Part shown: positions 32,292 to 41,762 of the stretch, piece by piece
Layout of the letters: each line of letters opens with the position of its first letter
How positions within the stretch are numbered: position 1 is the first letter of the stretch
Virus record (IMG/VR): IMGVR_UViG_3300022751_000016
Location: 32,001-96,000 of that record
Length of the DNA: 64,000 nt
Strand: one strand, 5' to 3'
Source: a virus
Position numbers and translations under genes: made by a program
The notes under the pieces: model-generated
The model's database searches: none
Told to the model about the DNA's origin: nothing
What the model saw: only the letters and a program-made list of their open reading frames with translations

Positions 32292-33095
32292 ATGGAAATT
32301 CCTAAGCACCTTGAATTGTATCGGAGAGAATTAGTTTTAAAAAACTACTCTGAAAACACTATAAAAAATTATGTCTCGCAGGTTGATTTATTTTTAAGAT
32401 ATTATAATAAAGCATTTACCGAACCTTCAAAAATAAACGAAGCATCTATTAAAGATTGGCTACTACAGTTTAAAACAAGAAACTCAATGTGTCACAGTAT
32501 CTCGGCTTTAAAATTGTTTTATAAATTAGTAATAAAACAGCCAATGAAATTCAAATACATTGAGTATCCACGTTCTGAAAAGAAATTACCTAAGATTATT
32601 GAAAAAGAATTTTTATTAGAGCAGTTGGATAAAATAATCAATAGTAAACACAAAGCACTTCTTACTTTAACTTATTCTACAGGTATGAGAGTTTCAGAAG
32701 TAATTAATCTTTTGATTTCTGATATAGATAGTAAAAGAATGATTATTACAATTCGACAAAGTAAAGGAAGAAAAGACAGAATAGTTCCTCTTAGTCAAAA
32801 AGTGTTAGAATTACTTCGTGTTTATTTTATGGAATACAAGCCTAAGGAATACTTATTCAATGGGCAGTTTTCTAATCAATATAGTGAAACGAGCTGCAAT
32901 CAATTGGTTAAAAAATATATTGGAAAAGAATATCACATGCACTTACTTCGACATTCAAACGCAACGGCATTGCTAGAGGCAGGAACTGACCTCAGATATA
33001 TTCAAAAACATTTAGGACACAGTTCAAGTAAAACAACTGAAATATATTGTCATGTATCTACTGCAATGTTATCAAAATTAAATCTGCCAATATGA
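32292..33095 (+). CDS. Tyrosine recombinase, integron-integrase/XerD-like
   Basis: N-terminal SAM-like NYSENTIKNY; catalytic R (GMRVSE), K (GRKDRIVP), HxxR (HLLRHSNAT), H (LGHSS), Y (TTEIY). Confidence 0.92.
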   Translation: MEIPKHLELYRRELVLKNYSENTIKNYVSQVDLFLRYYNKAFTEPSKINEASIKDWLLQFKTRNSMCHSISALKLFYKLVIKQPMKFKYIEYPRSEKKLPKIIEKEFLLEQLDKIINSKHKALLTLTYSTGMRVSEVINLLISDIDSKRMIITIRQSKGRKDRIVPLSQKVLELLRVYFMEYKPKEYLFNGQFSNQYSETSCNQLVKKYIGKEYHMHLLRHSNATALLEAGTDLRYIQKHLGHSSSKTTEIYCHVSTAMLSKLNLPI

Positions 33096-33142
33096 ATACT
33101 GTTTTTTCGCGAAATTAGTTAGGAAAATTAAAATTTTCTTTT

Positions 33143-33150
33143 TACATTTG
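33143..33150 (+). promoter_or_regulatory. Promoter -7 box
   Basis: TACATTTG, 17 nt upstream of ATG 33168. Confidence 0.55.
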
Positions 33151-33167
33151 TCAAACAAAAATAAGAT

Positions 33168-35104
33168 ATGAACATTACAGCATCAATTGCCAGTAAAATC
33201 GGCGGGAAAGAAGAAGAAATAATCAATAAAAACACAGAAATTCAGTTTTACGTTAATGATAACATAAATATGTATCAATGGAGAGACAGTAGATTCGATT
33301 GGAGTAGTAATGTATGGGAAAATAAACAATGTCAAACAAGAGAAGAATTAATTGAAGCATTTAAAGAACATTTAAAATCAACAGTATTCACAGTTAAGAA
33401 ATATAAACTATAATTTATGAAAACACATACGATAGATTTAGAAGGATTAAGAGAGTGGCAACAAGAAGAAAAAGTAATTTTTGCAAGTAGTACAAAAGAA
33501 AACAAACAACTTTACTGTACCCTAAGAGGGAGTTATGAAGTTTGGCATGATAAAGAGAAGGTTTTAGAAACAATGCAACCGTTTACAGCAGTTGAAAAAT
33601 ATAATTCAATAGAAAAGAAGTAACATATGAAGTTTTTCAATAAAAAGAAATTAGAACCACAGGAAGAATTGTATTTATCAGTTGTTACAAAGATGGTGAA
33701 TCGAGAAGACTGTACAATCGAAGTGAACCCAGACGACCTTAGTTATTTATTGAGTTTAGAAAAGGAAAAATATTATATTTCTGTTGACAGTGTAGGTATT
33801 CAAATATCAAATCATGATTTTTTAATTTTGAGGAGATTTGAAGAAAATGTTTTAAATGCGGCAAAAAAAGTTATAAAAGAAGAGACTGTAAAACGTCGTG
33901 AGGCTAAAAAAGCAGAAATATTTCAAAATGAAGTTACATTGTTAAATAAGATAAAAGACAGTTTATGAGAGAATTATTCATTCCATATGACGAAGCATTA
34001 GCTTTAAAAGAATTAGGATTTGATGAACCTTGTTTATGCTATTATGAAGATGATAAATTAAGGATATTTGAACAGTCTGAGTATGATGAAATTTTAGCAT
34101 ATCGTGAAAGTGATTGTATTAAAGGTATTGCTAATTGTTTTGTACCACTTTACCAACAAGCTTTTAGATTTTTTAGAGAGAAATATAAATTATTTTCATC
34201 TTTTCATTGCCCCGAATATGATATAGATACTTATGAGTATAGGATTTATAAAATAGATAACTCCGAAATAACATCAAAAGAATTTAAAACTTACGAAGAA
34301 GCAGAATTAGCTTGTCTTAGAAAATTAATATTTAAAATATTTGGAAAATAATGACTTCCCATATTAATAAAATCGCGCAAAAAACAATAGAAGCAACAAA
34401 TTTAAAATGGAATGAAAAAACCAAAGAAATCTTATTAAAGAACAGAGGAAATTATACTTCAACTTTTTCTCTCGCATGCAAGATAAATAATGAGATAGTT
34501 AGAATACTAGAAAGTAAATAATATGGAAAAGGAATTTATATTATGTGCAGCATTAGATTATAATGGGACTATTATTTCGGCAGCAAGACATAAAGACTGT
34601 TATAAAATAATAGAAGAGTTATTTTTAAACCATTCAATGTGCGAAAGAAAAGACCAAGGATTTTTAACTAACACTAACAGATATGTTGACAGAAAAGAAG
34701 CTTGGAAAATCGCGAAAGAAAATAATCAAATAAAATACGGATTAGAAGTATCTGACAGAGGAGAAGACTCTGAACTAATAAGTGAAAATTTATATTAAAT
34801 GAAAAAAAGTAAATATGTAGAGAGTTACTTTATAAACGAATACGAATGTGGAATATTCTGTGTAACTTTTAACTTAACAGAAAGATGGATTGGTTATCAT
34901 GCTTATTGTGAGACTCAATATATTTTTGGTGAAGACGTAGAAGACGAAACTCAAGAAGAGTGGGAATCTAGAATTCAAGATATAGAGACGTTTCTACCTA
35001 AAGAGAAAAGCTATTTACCAACTGTTATTCAGAACAAAGACCAAGTACAATTTTACTACCTTCCTTTTGAATTAATTTCTAGAGATAAAAAAGTTAAGAA
35101 ATGA
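33168..35104 (+). other. Small hypothetical CDSs (33168-33413, 33417-33623, 33627-33968, 34523-34798, 34799-35104)
   Basis: ORF track and packing. Confidence 0.7.
33965..34351 (+). CDS. Hypothetical protein, paralog of 12196-12573
   Basis: 41-nt identical block 33995-34035 = 12226-12266; 22-nt identical block 34289-34310 = 12505-12526. Confidence 0.8.
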   Translation: MRELFIPYDEALALKELGFDEPCLCYYEDDKLRIFEQSEYDEILAYRESDCIKGIANCFVPLYQQAFRFFREKYKLFSSFHCPEYDIDTYEYRIYKIDNSEITSKEFKTYEEAELACLRKLIFKIFGK

Positions 35105-36096
35105 ACCTAAAAACATTAAAGAAATACGAACAAGATGGTCTAATATACAGCCAAGTCCACCCTAACCTACCATTAACAATTTATAACTACACAGACAAGG
35201 TTCAATGGGAAAATATTTGGGATGAAATAACTTTACAGTGTCGTGGACTTGTAGTTGACGGTAAAGGAGATATTGTAGCAAGACCATTCAAAAAGTTCTT
35301 TAATTTATCTGAAGGTAAGACAAATACAACAGACGATTATATTATTTATGAGAAATTAGATGGAAGCTTAGGAATTCTCTTCTGCTATAATGATGAATGG
35401 ATACTAGCTTCTCGCGGCTCTTTTACTTCTGAACAAGCAATTCGCGGAAAAGAAATATTAGACAAAGAGTGTGATTATAATCTGTTAGATAAAGAAAACA
35501 CATATTGTTTTGAAATAATTTACCCTGAAAATAAAATAGTTTTAGAATACAATGGACTAGAAACCTGTATTTTAACGGGAGTGTTTAATACAGCTACAGG
35601 AGAAGAGCAATCTTTAGATGGATGGGGAATGTCGCCAGTTGAGAGTTATAGCTTTAAAACACCTTTAAATGAGCTTCACAGTATTATAGAAGATAATCAA
35701 GAGGGGTATGTAGTTAGGTTTTCAAACGGCGAAAGAGGTAAAATAAAAGGAGCTGAATATTTAAGACTTCATAAGATGATGTCAGAGATGTCAACTACAG
35801 CAGTTTGGGATTGTCTAAGAAATGGTGATAGTATATTAAATTTGATTAAGGATTTTCCAGATGAGTTTTATAATACGGTCAGAGAATATGAACGATTCTT
35901 AAAAGGTGAATTTGATTATAAAGAAGAGTACATACTAATAACTTACGAAAGATTTAAAAATATAGAAGGTACAAAAGAATTTGCCTTAAGAGTTAAGGAG
36001 CACGTATTTAAACACTACTTCTTTTCTCTAAGAAACGGTAAGGATATTAAAGACCAAATTTGGAGAGCCACTAAACCGAAATATGCGCGACTATGA
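35101..36096 (+). CDS. RNA ligase, T4 Rnl1-like
   Basis: CRGLV...ARPFKKFFN, motif I EKLDGSLG, SRGSF, FEII, motif IV EGYVVRF, motif V KIK...Y..LH. Confidence 0.92.
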   Translation: MNLKTLKKYEQDGLIYSQVHPNLPLTIYNYTDKVQWENIWDEITLQCRGLVVDGKGDIVARPFKKFFNLSEGKTNTTDDYIIYEKLDGSLGILFCYNDEWILASRGSFTSEQAIRGKEILDKECDYNLLDKENTYCFEIIYPENKIVLEYNGLETCILTGVFNTATGEEQSLDGWGMSPVESYSFKTPLNELHSIIEDNQEGYVVRFSNGERGKIKGAEYLRLHKMMSEMSTTAVWDCLRNGDSILNLIKDFPDEFYNTVREYERFLKGEFDYKEEYILITYERFKNIEGTKEFALRVKEHVFKHYFFSLRNGKDIKDQIWRATKPKYARL

Positions 36097-36776
36097 ACAT
36101 TAAAATAACAAAAGAACAGCATGATTATCTTTGTGAATACAAATTTAAAGAGTATTTATTTGGTAGTCAATTACACGGTATAGCAACTAAGGATAGTGAT
36201 GAAGACTATATTAGAGTTATCCCTGATACTTTTTATTATAGATTTGATACATTAGCCGTCTATTTACCTAACATCCATTCTTGGCAACATGATTTAAATG
36301 AAAAGATGCAAGTTATTTGGATGACAGAAACTCAATTTTACAGAAATTTGTTTTCAGGTGATGGTAATATGATAGCTGATGTTGTACTATTAAGTGGAGA
36401 ATTTGAAAATCCTTTATTTTTATGTAGAACATACCGCATTATAAAAGGATTTATAGGTGTGGCAAAAAGAGATTTGAAACTTCATGGGAATGACAGAAAG
36501 AAAAAGTTTCATGCAATAAGAAGTATGATGATGGCTGAAAAATTAATGCAAAATATTTTACCTACCATTGAAGACATTCAATTCTATAAACAACATTATG
36601 ACAGTAATCCAGAGCCTTCAAAAGAGCAACTTGAGCACAAGGAACAAGAATTAAGATTTAAGTTGAACGAAATGCTAAATAAAGGAGAAGTATCAATGTA
36701 TCCTAAGTTTAAAGAAGAGAATCCATTGGTTCAAATTATGTGCGATACAAATAATATTACAGAGTTTAAATATTAG
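36093..36776 (+). CDS. Pol-beta-superfamily nucleotidyltransferase
   Basis: FGSQLHGIATKDSDEDY (GS...DxD) and a C-terminal KK..HA.R helix. Confidence 0.75.
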   Translation: MNIKITKEQHDYLCEYKFKEYLFGSQLHGIATKDSDEDYIRVIPDTFYYRFDTLAVYLPNIHSWQHDLNEKMQVIWMTETQFYRNLFSGDGNMIADVVLLSGEFENPLFLCRTYRIIKGFIGVAKRDLKLHGNDRKKKFHAIRSMMMAEKLMQNILPTIEDIQFYKQHYDSNPEPSKEQLEHKEQELRFKLNEMLNKGEVSMYPKFKEENPLVQIMCDTNNITEFKY

Positions 36777-36779
36777 AAT

Positions 36780-37388
36780 ATGAAAGTAAAAATATTAACA
36801 AGTTATCCTAAACAAACATTCAATGTTGATAATGTATTTTTCAGCAGTGATTTACACGAGGGGCACCAAGCAATGATAGATTTTGGACGTAATTTTAATA
36901 GTCTGGATGAAATGAATCTTCATATTGTTGATGAAATTAATAGAAAGGTAGGAGAAAAAGACTTACTTGTTGTGCTTGGTGATACGATGATGAGTGAAAA
37001 AGATTATAACGGATTTTTAAGGAAGTTAAATTGTAATAGTATTATCATGTTATATGGTAATCACTGTTCGCTTTCTAAAATGTTAAGTATAACCTCTGAT
37101 AAGTTATTATATCAAGGATATTATTTAGAACTTAGTGTTGATGGTCAAATTATTTGTTGTCAACACTATCCATCTTTTAATTGGAATTACCAAGACCAAA
37201 ATTCAATTTCTTTGCATGGACATTTACACGCTGATGAAAGTGATGTAGTAAAAGAAATTCATAAATATAAAAGCATGGATGTGGGAATTGATAATTATTA
37301 TAAAATGTTTAGAGAATATAATGTTTTCTCCTTCGCCGAAATAAAAGAAATATTAAAAGATAAATTAATTATAGGAAGACATGGCTAA
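36780..37388 (+). CDS. Calcineurin-like metallophosphoesterase
   Basis: SDLHEGH, LGD, GNH, QHYP, HGHLH, DVGID. Confidence 0.9.
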   Translation: MKVKILTSYPKQTFNVDNVFFSSDLHEGHQAMIDFGRNFNSLDEMNLHIVDEINRKVGEKDLLVVLGDTMMSEKDYNGFLRKLNCNSIIMLYGNHCSLSKMLSITSDKLLYQGYYLELSVDGQIICCQHYPSFNWNYQDQNSISLHGHLHADESDVVKEIHKYKSMDVGIDNYYKMFREYNVFSFAEIKEILKDKLIIGRHG

Positions 37389-37842
37389 AATATTAATATT
37401 AAGTGGGATATCAAATTCAGGTAAGAGTAGCTATGCTTCAAAATTAGTGCAACAACATCCACAAGCCTTTGTAATAGTGAACAGAGATAAATTAAGAGAG
37501 GCTCACTATGGTTATACAGAAGAAACAGTTAAATACTATTACACGCATGTAGACTTTAATTATATGGAGTCTCAAATCACTGCTGTACAAGATAAACTTA
37601 TTGATTTTTGGCTAAAAAGAGGTAAAGATGTAATTATTGATAATACAAATCTTAAAAAATCGTACATAGAAGAGTTTAAAAAATTTGGAGTACTAACAGA
37701 AGTAAAATTCTTTGACATAACTCTAAAAGAAGCTTTAACTAGAAATATGTCAAGAAATAGGAAGGTTGATGAAGAAGTTATTGAAAGACAATATAGTCAA
37801 TATATAAATTTAAGAAAAAATTTCGCGGAAATAGAAAAATAA
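37381..37842 (+). CDS. Polynucleotide 5'-kinase (T4 Pnkp kinase domain-like)
   Basis: LSGISNSGKSSYA, VNRDKLR, VIIDNTNL, RNMSR..KV.EEVI.RQY. Confidence 0.85.
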   Translation: MAKILILSGISNSGKSSYASKLVQQHPQAFVIVNRDKLREAHYGYTEETVKYYYTHVDFNYMESQITAVQDKLIDFWLKRGKDVIIDNTNLKKSYIEEFKKFGVLTEVKFFDITLKEALTRNMSRNRKVDEEVIERQYSQYINLRKNFAEIEK

Positions 37843-37869
37843 TCCCTACATTTACAAAAAATATAAGAT

Positions 37870-38637
37870 ATGATATTAGAAAGACCAATAATTTTCTTTG
37901 ATATTGAGTCAACAGGAGTTGAAACAGAGACTGCAAGGATAGTAGAATTAGCTTGTATAAAATACAATCCTGACGGCACAAAAGAAGAGAAAACAATTAA
38001 AGTAAATCCAACTATTCCAATTCCACTTGAAGCAAGTGAGGTTCATGGAATCACAGACGAAGAAGTAAAAGATTTACCTACTTTTAAACAGTATGCTCAA
38101 GCTATTAGAAATTGGTTTGAGGGTTCTGATTTAGCAGGGTTTAATTCAAATAATTATGATGTCCCTCTTCTTTCTGCGGAATTTGAGAGAGCAGGGCTAG
38201 AGGGTATTAATTGGAACCCTACTTTATTTGATGTATTAACTCTTTATAGGGACTTGTTTCCCAATACATTGTCAGCCGTATATGAAAGACTTACAGGAGA
38301 AGAGTTAGAAGGAGCACACGGAGCTGTAGCGGATATATTAGCTACTAAACAGATTGCAGATATAATTTTTCCTTTATTAGTTGAGAAGTCAGAAACTCCA
38401 ATTGAAACGCCTAGAGATGTAGATGAGTATTTGCAGGGTGACAAGAAAAGATTTGACTTAAGTGGTAAGATGTATATAGATGTTGATGGAATTGTAAAAT
38501 GGAATTTTTCTAAGAATAAGGATAAAGCAGTATTAGCTGATGCGGGATTTGTAAATTGGTTTATGCAGCAAGGATTTCCGCAAGAAAGTAAGAATAAGAT
38601 AAAAGAATTACAAAATAATAATAAAAAAGAATCGTAG
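37870..38637 (+). CDS. DEDDh 3'-5' exonuclease (DNA pol III epsilon-like)
   Basis: FFDIESTG, VHGITD, GFN...YDVPLL, AHGAVADI. Confidence 0.92.
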   Translation: MILERPIIFFDIESTGVETETARIVELACIKYNPDGTKEEKTIKVNPTIPIPLEASEVHGITDEEVKDLPTFKQYAQAIRNWFEGSDLAGFNSNNYDVPLLSAEFERAGLEGINWNPTLFDVLTLYRDLFPNTLSAVYERLTGEELEGAHGAVADILATKQIADIIFPLLVEKSETPIETPRDVDEYLQGDKKRFDLSGKMYIDVDGIVKWNFSKNKDKAVLADAGFVNWFMQQGFPQESKNKIKELQNNNKKES

Positions 38638-38639
38638 CT

Positions 38640-39584
38640 ATGAACAATATATACTGGAAGTTACAATCTGTAAATCAAACAGATGAATTAGAAATAGAAT
38701 CCAAAGAATACAACCTTTATAGAGAACACTATAAAAAGGATTATGCAACTAGAGAACTAATGTCAATGCAAGAAACTGTAGAACATTACAGAATTAATGC
38801 TTTTAAAAATCCACTATTCTCACGTATATTTTCTCTAACAGTCGCTATTGTAGAAGATGAAATAGTTAAAGTAATATATTACACTGGAAACGAAAAGGAC
38901 TTGATTCAAACATTCTTAAATACACTTAAAAAAGACCGTTTTAAAGACTTTACTGTCACTCACTTTGGTGCAGAGTATGTCCTGCCATATTTAGGCACTA
39001 GAATGGATAAAAATGGTGTTAAAACAACAATTCCTAGTGGACTTCAATATAAGGGATTGCGACCTTGGAACTTGCAAGGATTTTGTGTAAGAGATTATTA
39101 TTCAGGTGCAGGAAATTACAAAAACAATTTAAAAGAATTAGCTTGGATTTATGGACTAGATTCAAATTTTATTGAACCTGTAGATGAATTCACTTATTAT
39201 AAGTCAGGACAATTACAAGAACTTAAAGATTCAGCAGTTGATGAAATATACACTTTGGTGAATGTTCATAGGTCAATGGTGGGCGAAAATATAATTGAAG
39301 AATTTACATGTAATGAATTCTTAGTTGAAAATGTAGAAGAAGTTAAACCTGTGAATTTTCTATCCTTATTGTGGGAATGTCAAGCAATGACTCTAGAAAT
39401 CCGCGCAGGACTAGAAAAACAGTTAAAAAAGAAAAAATTAACTAAGAGAGATAGGGAAATTGTAAGAGAAATTATCTTAGGAGTCTATATTCAAAATGAT
39501 TTCATAAACGGAGCTCAGGATTCAAAAGCTACAATCGAGAAAAAAACAAAAGAAGTGGATAATTTTTTAGCAATAATAAAATAA
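38640..39584 (+). CDS. Degenerate PolB-type 3'-5' exonuclease-like protein
   Basis: P.FSRI.....E.DLI..F......RM..NG....L...G..PW; the usual acidic catalytic motifs appear lost. Confidence 0.45.
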   Translation: MNNIYWKLQSVNQTDELEIESKEYNLYREHYKKDYATRELMSMQETVEHYRINAFKNPLFSRIFSLTVAIVEDEIVKVIYYTGNEKDLIQTFLNTLKKDRFKDFTVTHFGAEYVLPYLGTRMDKNGVKTTIPSGLQYKGLRPWNLQGFCVRDYYSGAGNYKNNLKELAWIYGLDSNFIEPVDEFTYYKSGQLQELKDSAVDEIYTLVNVHRSMVGENIIEEFTCNEFLVENVEEVKPVNFLSLLWECQAMTLEIRAGLEKQLKKKKLTKRDREIVREIILGVYIQNDFINGAQDSKATIEKKTKEVDNFLAIIK

Positions 39585-39585
39585 T

Positions 39586-40299
39586 ATGTCAAAATCAAAA
39601 ATAAACTTACCCTCAAAATTAGATAAAAGCAATTGGTTCTATGAAGGAAATGAAGAGTTAATAAATCCACATTTAAATAAATTTTACATATCTTATTCCA
39701 CTGTTTCATCTTGGGAAGACTATAGAACAGATTTCATTAAACAGAAGTTAGCAGGGATTAAATTACCAGATTCTATTTATGGCTCGTTCGGGACATGGGT
39801 GGGGACTAGCTTAGAGCACGGGCAAATTCAAAGTAATAATTATGGATTCACTGGAGGAGAGAATATCAGCTTAATTGAACGTAAAGAAAATGCTCAATAT
39901 GAAAGAATGATTCTTATTGACATGGGAGAATGGTGTATCATAGGATTTATTGACGTATTTGAAGAAATCGCACCAAAAGTTGTAAATTGCAAGGATTTGA
40001 AGACAGGAGGAGCAGGGAAAGAGTCAGGCTATACTAAGAAAGAATATATTCAATTAGTTTTATATGCATATGCCTTAGTGTTAGAAGGATACAGTATAAA
40101 TGAAATTGGAGTTTGGTTTTGTAGAAGAACAGGAAGTCATATTAAACCACCCTTACACTTATCTACAGAACAGTTTTACATACCTTTAGAATACAATGAT
40201 GAAAGAGTTAAATACGCAATAGATAAAGTAACTAGAGTGGTTGGAGAAATTAGTGAGTTTTTCACTTGTTTTGAGAAATATTTCGCGGAAAAGAAATAA
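39586..40299 (+). CDS. PD-(D/E)XK nuclease (RecB/Cas4-like exonuclease)
   Basis: ISYSTV, FGT.V, GFIDV...DLKTG, QL.LYA. Confidence 0.8.
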   Translation: MSKSKINLPSKLDKSNWFYEGNEELINPHLNKFYISYSTVSSWEDYRTDFIKQKLAGIKLPDSIYGSFGTWVGTSLEHGQIQSNNYGFTGGENISLIERKENAQYERMILIDMGEWCIIGFIDVFEEIAPKVVNCKDLKTGGAGKESGYTKKEYIQLVLYAYALVLEGYSINEIGVWFCRRTGSHIKPPLHLSTEQFYIPLEYNDERVKYAIDKVTRVVGEISEFFTCFEKYFAEKK

Positions 40300-40434
40300 A
40301 AACAGAAAAAATGAAAGGAATTAAAATAACATACACAACAGATAGAGACTCTTGGACAGATGATGATAAGATTAAAACCTAAGATAGATTATCAAGAGGA
40401 AACACGTAACTGGCGGTGGTTTAATGTAGTTACT

Positions 40435-40466
40435 AAAGGAGAGGCGTAAAAAGTCTCTCTTTTTTG
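40435..40466 (+). terminator. Rho-independent terminator
   Basis: GAGAGGC...GTCTCTC plus T-tract; the next promoter box TATATTTG is at 40500-40507. Confidence 0.7.
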
Positions 40467-40533
40467 TTTAAAATATTTTTTTATTCGGAAAATTATACTT
40501 ATATTTGTCAAATAAATATTAAAACTAAAAATT

Positions 40534-41665
40534 ATGATATCATTATTCAAAAAACAAAAATCGGAAAAAGAAATTATAGAAGAAATTCATAATGAGTTCG
40601 ATACAGCACCTGACAGAATACTACAACAGGCTTTAAGAATTATTGAAGAGCAAACAAATGCTAAGATTGTTTTAGAAAGCGGTATAGAAAATAAAGCCGA
40701 AAGATTAAAGAAAATAGGTTTCATTAAGAATGGATTAGTTGCTAAAAAAGTAGAAATTGCAGAAAGAAATACAGCTAAAGATGAAGTGATTAATCTCACA
40801 AATAAAGAAGCTGAACTAGTTAAGTATTATAAAGATAATTATCCTTTCATTAAAACATTACCTATTTCTGAGTTAGATAGAATATGCGATAAATACGGAT
40901 TAATTTATGCTCCTGTACAAAATTATAAAATGCCAGTACCAGATAAAAACTTAGTAGAGATTGAAGATTCTCAAAGCTTAAAAAACTATGACAATTACGA
41001 AGGAGAAACTATACTAAGAGTCCCTCAAAATCAACAATGGAGGCATGATTTTCCTAGTGGTTTAGGTAGTATTTTGCACAAAGGTTTTGTCGTACCTAAT
41101 TCAGAAGTAGACACAAATTTTATAAGTGATGAGAGGATATTAACTCTAGCTAAAAAGTATGGAAATTATACAGGAAGTTATACAGGGTATCTTACCAAAC
41201 CCTACGGAGATGCCGAGATAAGTAAATTTAATAAAGAAGGTTTATTTATAGCTGCTCCTAAAAAACATTTTGATTTAAGTGGCTTAGAACATGATAAAAA
41301 GAGAGGATTTTTCACAATTACAAAAACAGTTGTTAAGTCTGACCCAATTGTATTCAGATACGTTAAGGGAAACATGGTTCAAGTTTTAACTAAATGGGGA
41401 TTAGAAGCAAACGATCCAGCGCTAGTCATAGAAATTTTAAATTAAATATATGAAAACAACATATAAAGTAATAGAAAATCCACCATACGACAGAGGTGCT
41501 CCAAGTACATTCTGGATTAGAAAAGAAACAGTGAGATTTGGAATATTTAAGTCTTATGAGACTATTGGTGATTATAAGTATGATGACACTTATGGAGAGC
41601 TTGGAGATTGTCCTTTCTTTAGTAGAACGGCGGCGAATAAAAGAGTGAAATTACTAAAACAATAA
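40534..41665 (+). other. Hypothetical CDSs (40534-41445, 41450-41665)
   Basis: ORF track. Confidence 0.75.
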
Positions 41666-41762
41666 TTATTATGAACTATAAAACGAAAAGAAATCTAATA
41701 ATCACTCTAGATGTATTATTATGGGCGGCATTATTATTTTTTGGATATAAATACTTTACAGG

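Noticed and set aside
32292-33095. Lysogeny integrase marking a prophage boundary
   Set aside because: No repressor/excisionase module or host genes nearby, phage genes continue on both sides, and the adjacent site resembles attC rather than attP.
12196-34351. Diversity-generating retroelement TR/VR pair
   Set aside because: Differences between the paralogs are not adenine-specific, include indels, and no reverse transcriptase is in the window.
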